This document shows, in pieces, positions 52,468 to 64,000 of a stretch of 64,000 nucleotides of DNA. This DNA comes from Octopus sinensis (taxonomy: Eukaryota): NCBI RefSeq assembly GCF_006345805.1, contig NC_043001.1, positions 127,348,001-127,412,000 on the forward strand. The letters run 5' to 3'. Both the position numbers and the translations under genes were made by a program. Below the pieces are notes generated by a model, which was not told the DNA's origin, searched no databases, and saw only the letters and a list, made by a program, of their open reading frames with translations. Each line of letters opens with the position of its first letter. The first letter of the stretch is position 1.

Positions 52468-52485
52468 CTGTTTTATTATATAAGA
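52200..52485 (-). mobile_element. Helitron-like 5' fragment
   Basis: Minus strand A|TCTTATATAATAAAACAGAG(TG)n...CCGATTTTGAC resembles the other Helitron 5' ends. No 3' CTAG hairpin found. Confidence 0.45.
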
Positions 52486-52589
52486 TATATATATTCTACG
52501 TTAGCCTACTAACTCAAACCCGTCCAAATTTACTGTGATATGGTGTATGCTTATATATTAGGCAAATTCAAGTAGTGTTTAAAAAATAT

Positions 52590-53125
52590 ACAGGCGTAGA
52601 AATGGCCGTGTGGTAAGTAGCTTGTTTACGAAACACATGGTTCCAGGTTCAGTCCCACTGCGTGGCACCTTGGGCAAGTGTCTTCTACAATAGCTTCTAG
52701 CCGACCAAAGCCTTGTGAGTGAATTTGATAGACGGAAACGGAAAGAAGCCCGTCGAATATATGAATATATATATATGTATGTGTGTGTATATATGTTTGT
52801 GTGTCTGTGTTTGTCCCCCCACCCCAACATCGCTTGACAACCGATATAATCGACTTAATCCGTTTGTCTGTCCTTGTTTGTCCTCTCTGTGTTTAGCCCC
52901 TTGTGGGTAGTAAAGAAATAGGTATGACTGATGAATACCGACCTGGGGTTAAACAACAATAAAAATGACGTGTATGTTTACGTTCCCGTAACTTAGCGGT
53001 TCGGCAAAAGAGACCGATAGAATAAGTACCAGGCTTACAAAGAATAAGTGCTGGGGTCGATTTTCTCGACTAAAGGCGATGCTCCAGCATGGCCACAGTC
53101 ACATGAATGAAACAAGTAAAAGAGT
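52590..53125 (+). mobile_element. SINE family A interrupted by a SINE-B tail plus an inverted local copy
   Basis: A sequence breaks at ~52845 and resumes at ~52972. Confidence 0.8.
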
Positions 53126-53403
53126 ATATCGTACAAAATATTTTTTAATAATACTTTTTTCATTTTAGCAGTTTCCATAGTTTCATTTTATTATCGATGA
53201 AACACCTCCAGAAGTGAAAATCAAAAGAAAATTAGGTACGTCATTTTTATTGGTGTTTAACCCCAGGTCGGTATTCATCAGTCATACCGATGATCAAAGC
53301 CCTCCAGCTGTGACCACTTTCTTTTGTACATATGTTAAGGCGGTTATGTACGTTCCGGGCGTGATTTGCGTGAAATATACTTACACGCACGCACACACAC
53401 ACA

Positions 53404-53476
<73 letters not shown>

Positions 53477-53799
53477 TTATATATATGTAATTTAATATAC
53501 ACAGTATTTAAATGTGAGTTACTATGCGTTTCATGCTCTGATAGTACAATAGTCGGGCAAGCTTGTTTAGCGTGCTTAATCGTGCAAGTTTTCAGGTTCA
53601 AAATAAAATCATGTGTATATTAAATGATATTTGTCTTGTAGGATAGACTGCTATTTCGTTGATCCCACCAATAACGGAACTGTACACGACAGCTAGCTAG
53701 ACAGATAGGTAGATAGATACACACATACATATATTTTATACACACGCACACACACACACACTAAAGACACACACAAACATGTGTGAGTGTGTGAGTGTG

Positions 53800-53949
53800 T
53801 GACTGTGTGGTAAGTAGCTTGCTTACCAACCACATAGTTCCGGGTTCAGTCCCACTGCGTGGCACCTTGGGCAAGTGTCTTCTACTATAGCCTCGGGCCG
53901 ACCAAGTGGATTTGGTAGACGGAAACTAAAAGAAGCCCGTCGTATATGC

Positions 53950-54015
<66 letters not shown>

Positions 54016-54190
54016 GTGTGTGTGTGTGTGTTTGTGTGTCTGTGTTTGTCTCCCCAACATCGCTTGACAACCGATAGAATAAGTACTAGGCTTACAAAGA
54101 ATAAGTCCTGGGGTCGATTTGGTCGACTAAAGGCAGTGCTGCAGCATGGCCAGAGCCAATGACTGAAACAAGTAAAAGAGTAAAAGAGAA
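53800..54190 (+). mobile_element. SINE family A with internal deletions and expanded (TG)n
   Basis: Head, core and tail match other A copies. Confidence 0.85.
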
Positions 54191-55049
54191 TATATATAAG
54201 TTCTAGTATAGTGTTCAGATATCCCAGAATCTCTGGAAATATCAACATTCTGAATTTTCAATTCATCTATTATTGTTGTTTATTATTAATATTTAATGTA
54301 ATTCTGTCACAAAAATGAAAAATCAATTTAACGTAATCGGGATTTTCCTTCCTCGGATAATAAAATCCAGTAAATATATTAAACATTATTGAATATTAAA
54401 ATCTATTATCTAAAAAGCTATTTGGGCAAATGAAAACATTTATTAACTGAAAATTATTCGTTAATTTCTCTTTAGATAACTGAATACAATAATCACAGGG
54501 AAATTATTGCTAATTGCTTAAATATGTTAAAATATGTTCCATATTCCATTAAATATTCACATTTTGCAAACAATTCAAACAATTTAAAAATGAAAGACAT
54601 TTGCGCATTTATGTAAATGTGCCGGAAATTTAAGAAATACTACGTTGAGAAATAAAACATTCAAGTATAACGTAACAGATGTCTACTTTAGTTAACGCAT
54701 AAATCGACGATCATTGAGACAGCTGCCAATAATTGTACAGGCAGTTTGACTGAATGTGGCGTCGTTATGTATGTCCATGAAGTAAGCAGCAACGGCATGA
54801 ATTTATTAAGTAAATAAATACATTATGACAAACTATTTTGGTCAGTTGAGCTGACCCGCTTACATAAAATTTTTATTTATTTCTGTTCTTTTCATTTTTT
54901 TTTTTTTGTTTTACATTTTTCTTTTAAATTTTCTGCTGAACTGCCTTATGACATTAAAGGTGTCTCTCAGAAATTGAACTCCGAATAATTCTACTACGAC
55001 CAATATCAGGATCTCCTGATGAAGATACAACACAGTAGCGGAGGTTTAT

Positions 55050-55276
55050 GTACATACATACAAGTACATACATACATACATACATACATACATACATACA
55101 AGTGTACCCACAATCACACACATACACACATACACGTATAAATATACATTCACGCACGCACACACATTTACAGACATACATACATATACGTACATACATA
55201 CATACATACATACATACATACATACATACATACATACATACATACATACATACATACATACATACATACATACATA
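55050..55276. repeat. (TACA)n microsatellite region
   Basis: Direct reading; second tract at 56072-56175. Confidence 0.95.
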
Positions 55277-56071
55277 AACAACTGATGCAGACTTTGTGGA
55301 GTTAACACTGAAGATATCATCCACATCATAAGCAGAGGTCCGAAAATGTCATCACGGTTTTATCTACTGATGAGGCGTGATGTTGCTAGGACACTATAAT
55401 GAAATCCATCGGAAGGATTAACCCCGAGGACAAACAAATAAGAACCCACAGTATGGTAGAAGCCATAGCTACTTGTAATACAAAGGAGTACTGGTGGAAT
55501 GTCCCAGTAAAGCCCTCAATAAAAAAGTTAAGCACAACAGACCTGATATAATGATTTGGGATAGGAAGAGAGACTGTAAAGTTGTTGGAATTAGCTGCCC
55601 AACGGATGTTAGCATAAAGCTGAAGATCAGTGAAAAGAGAATACCTGCGCTGAACTATTGAGAAATCTGCTGTTACTCTATCCAGACTACAAGTTCAGGT
55701 TTGTACCTATAGTTATTGGGGCCCCGAATTATGTAAAACACTTCCTAAATACCAATCTTGAGAAATTAGGCTTCTCAAAACCAGAAAGGAGAAAGCTAAT
55801 TCGAAGACTACACATTTAATCCATCACTGGGACTTTAAACATCTGTAAAACTTTCCAGAAGTTTATCATTTAGATATATATGAGCTTATCTAGATATGCA
55901 ACTATATGCATGGGAATAAATGCATGAAACAAAACACAGATCTGCCCATATACATACATACAAAAATACCCTATTGTTGATGTTGAAATTCCAGTGAAAG
56001 AGCATTTGGATCTAGGTTAGAAACCGGCTCTTTCTCTATTGGCAAGAAATCTTGAAATAAAACTGAACAAT
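55277..56071 (+). mobile_element. 5'-truncated R4-clade (restriction-like endonuclease) non-LTR retrotransposon 3' end
   Basis: CRLCGVNTEDIIHIIS zinc-knuckle remnant, EYWWNVPV, KHNRPDIMIWDR, ISCPTD, LYPDYKFRFVPIVIGA; frameshifted. (TACA)n on both sides. Confidence 0.8.
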
Positions 56072-56145
56072 CATACATACATACATACATACATACATAC
56101 ACACACACATACATACATACATACATACATACATACATACATACA

Positions 56146-56175
<30 letters not shown>

Positions 56176-56176
<1 letters not shown>

Positions 56177-56525
56177 GTGCACAGTTGTGGAAATCAGCAG
56201 CCCAGCGAAAAAGAAAAAGCCTATGCTAAACTACTGAAGAATCTACAGCTACTCTATCCAAATTACAAGTTCAGGTTTATACCTGTACTTATTGGGGCAC
56301 TGGGATATGTAACACATTGCCTAAATACCAAACTTGAGAAATTAGTCTTCTCAAAACCAGAAAGGAGGAAGTTGATTCGAAGACTACAGATTCAAGCCAT
56401 CACTGGAACTGTAAAAATCAGTAAAACTTTCCAGAAGTTTATCATTAGTATATATGAGCATGTCTAGACATGCAACTATACACATAGGATACATGCATAA
56501 AACAAGACATACAAATCTGCACATA
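56176..56525 (+). mobile_element. Second, shorter copy of the same RLE element
   Basis: EKEKAYAKLLKNLQLLYPNYKFRFIPVLIGALG...TGTVKISKTF; aligns with 55575-55955. Confidence 0.8.
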
Positions 56526-56629
56526 TACATACATACATATACATACATACACATATACATATATATATACACGCACGCACACACATATACACATACATAC
56601 ATATAAATATATATATATATACACCCACA

Positions 56630-56685
<56 letters not shown>

Positions 56686-57194
56686 TATTATTATTATTAT
56701 AATAAAATCGTCAATGCATACAGGTTTTTAAGAGGCCTTGTTCTCGGCATTTCAAGTTTTTAGAATACCCAGAGGAACGGCTGATTGCAATGTGTAGGTG
56801 ATATTTGTTTACGTTTAAGTGGACATAATGATATTAAATATCTTGACAATGATCACAGCGCAGCATCAACAGAAAGACACGAACCATCGATCTTTTGACT
56901 GCAAGTTCTACATAGCATTGACCTAATCAGCTATGGATCTTCGTTTACATGACAACGAAATTATTTCGATTGTCATCGATTGCTGATACCTTTGCGATTA
57001 ATGATAAAATAACAAAGATTCAGGACATTTAATACATTTGTTGCTTGGAAGCCATTCTATTTTATATCCTTATTGTTATAAATAAAACAATAGTTTAAAC
57101 TTCTTGGTAGCAGGTGTAGTGTACGATTTACAAATGTTGGCTTCATCAGGATTTGGTTTAACATTTCACTTCTCCAGTTCTTCATTGCTATGCT

Positions 57195-57420
57195 TACATA
57201 TGTCGGTGATGAAGGACCTCCACGCCCTCTTATCCTATATAAGATTTAGTTAGCAAGTTATTAAGCCAGTCTTTCTAAAGCCATAGGCCATTGAGTATCT
57301 TCTCTTTCAGACTTCCTCGGTTCTTTTTTGTTTTCTTCTCATGTGCTATCCAATGAACTTAGCCCGTTGTTTTTTTTATGTTGTTAGGAAGCTTCCTAGT
57401 TGTTTGTCCCTGTCTGCATA
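57195..57420 (-). mobile_element. RTE-like LINE 3' remnant
   Basis: Minus strand KKQRAKFIG*HMRR...DKRAWRSFITDI. Confidence 0.5.
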
Positions 57421-58007
57421 AGATACAGCATTTGTGTAAGGAAACATATTTCATATTAATCGGATAAACACTGAGCCAACCGGTTCTATCAGTTCAATAC
57501 GGCAATAAAAATATGAGACAGATAAATGATAAACGTAAAGCGATTTTCTTGTGATAAGTTATAAAGGTGATAGTGTAAAACAGTCCTTCTGAAGTGTACA
57601 AATTAGATTAGAGGCACATTGTTTAATGTATACTGGAATTTAAAGAGTTAAAGATTTCGTAAGTTCTTATATATGCATAAGTACACAAATGATGGAAAGA
57701 ACTGAAATGAGATGTGATGTCTGTATTTTTGAAGAGTATTATTCGAGTAATTGAATTAGAAATAAAACAGGTTGAAGCCAAGTATCTGACACGACTAACC
57801 TCTTATAATAGGTGCGCTATCGTATAATAATTATATAATTATTCCGCACTTAATTGCAAGGTTAATTATTGTAGAGACTGGGTATAGCCAAATGATTCTC
57901 GAGTATTTTTCTGTCCTCCACTCGTTTGATTCCACAGCTCACTCTCACCCTACACAATCGTATCATCCAGAAGAACGGTTGTGGGTCAGAATACGGTAAA
58001 AAGATAA

Positions 58008-58400
58008 TCTGTTATATAAAATCCGTTCTGTCTGTCTGTGTGTGTGTGTCTTCTAGGATCTCGGGCATCCTCCATCCGATTGCGTTCAAATTTGATATGT
58101 AGATACCGACGGTATCAGGGCGTGTATAAGTCTTCAAAAAATCACAAAATTCGATTCCAGGTGAGAATGCGATCGATAAAGCGTGAGAACGTGCATTTGT
58201 ACGTGCAAGTACATCAGCTGTTGCGATCGATACTACGCGTACACGAGAAAAATGCGCGTGCAGTTTGCGCAAAGAAAAGCTGGCTGGCTTGAAATAATGC
58301 CACAAAATGCAGTATGTTTAAGAGGCAAAAAAGGCAAGATGCAAAAGAGATATTTTCTTCAAACTTGGCATGAAGGAAGGAAAGACTATTTGGTTTCTCA
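58008..58400 (+). mobile_element. Helitron-like 5' portion (right boundary uncertain)
   Basis: A|TCTGTTATATAAAATCCG(TCTG)n(TG)n...CCGATTGCGTTCAAATTTG. Confidence 0.55.
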
Positions 58401-58920
58401 AGAAGTTTTTTGTTTTGCCTTAACTTCGTTTAACAAAACCAAAAATTTTATTGAAATAAAGGCATGCTTAATTACTTTTTTAATGAAAAAAAAAACACTG
58501 ATTGCTTTTTATTCAGCAGATATGATTCAGCACCGTCCATTAGACGGGGGGCGTTTTCCTCGTGCATTTATAAAAAGGAACAATAAACCCAACACCAGCT
58601 TCTCAATGTTTTCTTTCTTAACATTTCCATAATTCGCAGCAACAAAACTACTTGAGCTCAGAGCATCTTACAGAATGTATTGTTTCAGTAGTGTATTGAG
58701 AATTCAGTAATTAGGCAATTATAAAAAATGGCTTTGGAAAATATTCCTTGGCTACTGTCTGCAAGAATATATATTTATTTTATGTGGTAAACTGAAAAAA
58801 TAATTTTCAATTTAACTGCAAAATTATAATTATAACAAGAAGAAAATACATTAGCATTAACGAAAATTGTTCTCATTTGGAACAAAGGAGAGAACTCTTA
58901 AGATTTAAAGTGACCTGAAA

Positions 58921-59419
58921 TCTATATATATAAAACTGTAGTTGTGTGAGTGTCTGTCCCCTTCGATTTAGATTCCTAACTACTCCCACATTTTGCGGTG
59001 CAGTTTAACCAAATTCGGGTATCTTATAGTCGTGATTCATATCGAGCCCGTCTGAGTATTAGCGCGCGTCTACGATGAGTCTACGATTTTAAAAATAATT
59101 TAACATCATTTTTTATTCCATTTTAATGCATAATTTTTCGTGTGTCGATGGCGGCGGAGTTGGCGTCCATGGTCACACCTGCACCTGTTTGCTTCTCCCT
59201 CGTGAAGCTGTGGGGAAGGGAGTGTAAGGAAATCAACGTCGTAAAGCGTTGTCAAGGAGACCAGCGTTCTTTTAGAACAACGACTTCATGGCTTGAAGAC
59301 ACCAAAACAGAAATGGCTAAGAAAGCCCGAATTGGCATCTATAAGGGAAGTAACTCTCTAAAAATGCTTATATAGTTATTTCCCTTACAAACCCGAGCAA
59401 CGCCGGGCGATACTGCTAG
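58921..59419 (+). mobile_element. Non-autonomous Helitron
   Basis: A|TCTATATATATAAAAC 5' end; 3' CCCGAGCAACGCCGGG hairpin then CTGCTAG|T. Ends homologous to 24044-24475. Confidence 0.85.
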
Positions 59420-59910
59420 TAAAATTATAAAGAAGGAATAGGAGATAATTTTAAATTTTTATTCGGCTGAAATTTTGGAAGTTCTTTCCTTTGTTCCTGA
59501 GAAAGATGAGTCAATCGACCCGAGTACTCCTTTCATCGACAGGAAGGAATTAATTACAGGTGAACTCGATCGGATTTGAAATCTTCACCGAGAAGAAACA
59601 CAACTAAACATTGCAACAATCTTGATCAACGTGTTTTTTCTCTTGGCCATTCTTAAAAATTTCCTAACAATTGTCAGAAATGTGCGGACAAAGTCATTTA
59701 AAGTAAAGACAAAGGAAAGAATTTATGCAATAGATTTATGGGAAAGGATTTCGATGGATATTCAGATAAGTACAACCAGCTGGAACGAATTAAAGGAGCT
59801 TGTTTAAGTGATAGGAAAAACTAAGCTAAGACAAACTCATTGACAAGTCAGAAATTAATGGTAATTTAAGGAACAGTTAAGTTAGTGAATATCAAGACTC
59901 TGTGTGTGTT

Positions 59911-59945
<35 letters not shown>

Positions 59946-61034
59946 TTATATCCGATTTTATAATGTTGTGTGGATGAAAGATAAATTTCCCCTGGACAGA
60001 ATATCAGTTTATTCTTTGATAGTTTGGTAGCACATTCGATTAGACAATTAAGTTAACTTGCACTATGTAGAATAATGTCGTCTGTCCGGAAACACAACAA
60101 AACGTTTGCAGAAGTTTCGAACCCACATCCTAGGAGCTAGTAGTCTAATACTGCCTTATCCACCCAGACATTTCCCTGCCACATTAATATCAGTTACAGC
60201 ATTTGGTTACAACTTCATTAACTAAGGCTGTCACTTAAAAAGAATTGATCCCCTCTAGGTCTGCGTCGCCTAGGTACACAACGACGATGATAATAAATAT
60301 TCAAATGAATTGTATGAATTATCTACTATTAAACTTTTCTAGCAGCAATCTAAGACTCCTGTGGATAAAGAGATGACATCAACACAGATGTTGTATAATA
60401 AAGCAAATGTATTGATACTTCACAATTAAATGTCAATTTAAATGAAGCAGATGGGCAAGCGGACTTGACTCTAGGAAAATCTGATAACTGGTTCTAAACA
60501 TTATAGGACTAAGCAGCCTTGGCTTTCTGTGGACATGAAAACTTTCAACTTCTAAGATGGTTCTGTCGAAGAAATAGATGTGTTCTTCTGTCTATTTGAC
60601 GAGTTAAGAGCGCGTTCTCGACCGGCTAGAAATAACAACCATATCTCTCTAAAACCAAATCCTATCATCTTAAAAGAAAATGATGCATTGGATATGGTTC
60701 TAGGTGTAGTAAGGGTAAAAAGAAAAATTATTAACCATTGACTAATAATATTTTAATGATTTCTACAAATAATGAAAACACGTAGGCTTCACTGGCCGAA
60801 ATAATTATAAGTAATAAGAATGTTCGTTGGTTGCTGTAGAAAATTAGAATTACATACACAATAAATCTAATAAACTGTGTAAAAAAATTCTAGTCCCTGA
60901 TCGCTTTTTTAATACATTTTGTACCCACCCATAATAGTTGGCTTGATTAGTTTCTGTTAGATTATCAGGAATTGTACTATGTGTTCTGAGGCGAAAGGCC
61001 GAAGGTCAGCTTTGAAAGCTGAGACCGAAGACCT

Positions 61035-61417
61035 GGGAAGCACTCCGTCAGTTACGACGATGAGGGTTCCGGTTGATCCGAATCAACGGAACAGCCTGCT
61101 CGTGAAATTAACGTGTAAGTGGCTGAGCACTCCACAGACACGTGTACCCTTAACGTAGTTCTCGGGGATATTCAGCGTGACACAGAGAGTGACAAGGCCG
61201 GCCCTTTGAAATACAGGTACAACAGAAACAGGAAGTAAGAGTGAGAGAAAGTTGTGGTAAAAGAGTACAGCAGGGATCACCACCAACCCCTGCCGGAGCC
61301 TCGTGGAGCTTTAGGTGTTTTCGCTCAATAAACACTCACAACGCCCGGTCTGGGAATCGAAACCGTGATCTTATGACCGCGAGTCCGCTGCCCTAACCAC
61401 TGGGCCATTGCGCCTCC
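61035..61417 (-). mobile_element. SINE family C
   Basis: Full length; 13-bp TSD AGACCGAAGACCT. Confidence 0.9.
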
Positions 61418-61758
61418 TAGACCGAAGACCTACTGATAGCAGCACAAAATTATTGCCTATCCACCTTATTGTCATTATTAAAATGCGTTCGTCCAGTCCT
61501 TCACGTTCTGAGTTCAACTTCTACCAAGGTCGATTTTGCCTTTCATCCTTTCGGGGTCGATAAAATAGGTATTAGTTAAGCACCGGGGTCGATGTAACTG
61601 ACTTACCTCTTCGCTGAACTTGCTGACCCTGTGCTACCAAAATTTGAAACTATTATTGTAATGTGTTCTTGGATGATTGTGAAATATATGAAATCACAAA
61701 GAAAAAATACAATCGATCATGTGGATTCAGATACACAAAAAAGTGTATACACACACAA

Positions 61759-61796
<38 letters not shown>

Positions 61797-61979
61797 AGGC
61801 GTGGTTGTGTGGTAAGAAGCTTGCTTCCCAGCCACATGGTCCCGGGTCCAGTACCGTTGCGTGGCACCTTAGGTGAGTACCTTCTACTATATCCTCGGGC
61901 CGACTAAAGCCTTGTGAGTGGATTTGGTTGACGGAAACTGAAAGAAGCCCGTTGTATGTATGTATGTGTGTGTGTTTAG

Positions 61980-63470
61980 ACACCATTCCCTCTAACATAC
62001 CCCTGAAGAAATTCTTTAGACTCAGGTTATAGACCGAAACAGCTCTTTTCCCAGTCTGTTCTCCCAGTTTTCAAACAGAGAAACAGATCCCTCGCAGTCA
62101 ACTATCGCCCAATCTCACTCACTTTCCCTATCATTAAAGTGTTTGAAAAGGTAGTGAGATCCTAAATTCAAACCAGCATGGCTTTCACTGCAGTAGGGAC
62201 TATCTAACACAGTTCTTACACCACATTGATGATCTCCTTAAAGCCTTGGGATCAGGTTCGAACTCTGATGTCATATATCTTGACTTCAGTAAAGAGTTCG
62301 ATAGAATCGACCATAATATCCTACTGTCAAAATTGTCAAACGTTGGAATCCGTGGAAAACTACTACACTGGACTGAGTATTTCCTGGGGAACAAAACACA
62401 TGTTATGATCGTTGGAATCCACTCAAGCCCAGCAAAGGTCACCAGTGGTGTCTCTCAGGGAACTGTCTTGGGCCCGCTTGTCTTTATAGTCTATATAAAC
62501 AATCTTACCAGTGTCACAAAACACAGAAAAGTGAAAATATTCGCTAAAGACGGAACTGAACTCCAGTCTGATCTACATGCCGTAAGTCAATAGGCAGACA
62601 AAAATAATATGCAACTAAACGAGGGAAACTTTGAGCTAATGCTTTTTGGAAGAAAGACTATGCTAAAACAGCCATACACGCTCCCTTCAGAGGAACCGCT
62701 CACATCATCTAATAACATCAGAGACCTCGGAGTAACTGTTGATAACAATCTCAACTGGAGTGCCTACATCAACACCAAGGTCGATATAGCTCGTAGGATG
62801 AGCTCCTGGATCCTAGGTACCCTCCGGTCCAAAGAACAAGATGTCATCATTCCTCTTTTCTCCTCCTTTGATACGGTCATACTTTGAATACTGCTGGCCC
62901 CTGTGGTCTCTCCATACAAAACGAAACATTTTGAAAACTGAATCACCCCAGAGGTCATTCACTAAAAGAATTAAGGGCACGACTGATCTCGATTATTGGG
63001 ATCGCCTTAAAGCATTGAAACTCTATTCTCTCCAGCGCCGCCGTGAGTGATACATCATTTGCACCATGTGGAGAATATACCACCAGCATTGCCCAAATGA
63101 CCTCAACATTAGCTTCAAAATTCATCCAAAGCTAGAACCACGGGCCATATGTCCCCTACCCAATTCAAGATCACAACACATAAATACACTGCAACACAAT
63201 TTCTTTTCTTCAACAGGCCCTATCCTATTTAACAGATCAAAGAGGAACAGGATCCCATCACCTTTAAACGGGATCTGGACAAATTCTTCAAGGAAATGCT
63301 TCTGTTTGTTCCCAACCCTACAAGATAAGCCACCTATACCTGGATACAATTCACTCAACAAGAATTCCCAACTCGAATGGACCATGATACCACAAAACTT
63401 GACTTTAAAATAATTTAACTAATCCTATCAGGTGGTGCTATTAAGTTAGACATGGCATGGACCAATCTTT
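61980..63470 (+). pseudogene. CR1-like LINE reverse transcriptase, decayed 3' half
   Basis: NYRPISLT, QHGF, DVIYLDFSKEFDRIDH, SGVSQGTVLGPLVFIVYINNL, IRDLGVTVDNNLNW, EYCWPLWS, RLKALKLYSLQRRRE; multiple frameshifts and stops. Confidence 0.9.
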
Positions 63471-63475
63471 GGTCA

Positions 63476-63704
63476 AATTAACGTATAGCACTCCACAGAC
63501 TCGTTTACCCTTAATGTAGTTCTCGGGGAGATTCAGCCAAGGCTAGCCCTTTGAAATACAGGTACATCAGAAACAAGAAGAAAGAGTGAAAGAAAGTTGT
63601 GGTGAAAGAGTACAACAGGGTTCGCCACCACCCCCTGCCGGAGCCTCGTGGAGCTTTAGGTGTTTCCGCTCAATAAACACTTACAACGCCCGAGAGAGAG
63701 CGAG

Positions 63705-63783
<79 letters not shown>

Positions 63784-63930
63784 ATTCTGTCGGTTACGAC
63801 GACGAGAGTCCCAGCTGATACGATCAACGGAACAGTCTGCTCGTGAAATTAACGTGCAAGTGGCTGTGCACTCCACGGACACGTGTACCCTTCTCAGGGT
63901 GATTCAGCGTGACACAGTGTATCAAGGCTG
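63476..63930 (-). mobile_element. Two diverged SINE-C fragments separated by (GA)n (63691-63781)
   Basis: Both flanks align to family C. Confidence 0.7.
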
Positions 63931-64000
63931 GTGCTTAGCTGAGTGGACTGGAGCAACGTGAAATAAAGTGTCTTGCTCAAGGACACAACGCGTCGCCGGG

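Overview
AT-rich, microsatellite-dense eukaryotic DNA. The repeat repertoire (several tRNA-headed SINE families, some with internal (TA)/(CA)n) points to an octopus/coleoid cephalopod genome; this is inference. No intact multi-exon gene or intact transposase/RT ORF can be demonstrated, and most ORF-track hits are microsatellite or SINE artefacts. The window holds at least 5 SINE families, TTAA/piggyBac-type and TA-type MITEs, non-autonomous Helitrons, a decayed mariner, and decayed CR1, RTE and R4/Dong-clade LINEs. Main observations: (1) several minimal hammerhead-ribozyme folds of the Penelope-like-element type with non-canonical cores, including a compensatory G3-C8 swap at 10577-10627; (2) a 181-bp foldback whose arm begins at a predicted hammerhead cleavage site (51677-52160); (3) R4-clade and non-autonomous elements sitting specifically in (TAA)n or (TACA)n microsatellites; (4) many locally templated duplications; (5) a CpG-poor to CpG-rich transition near 39 kb that coincides with candidate exons. 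All alignments and folds were done by eye, and repeat boundaries are approximate.
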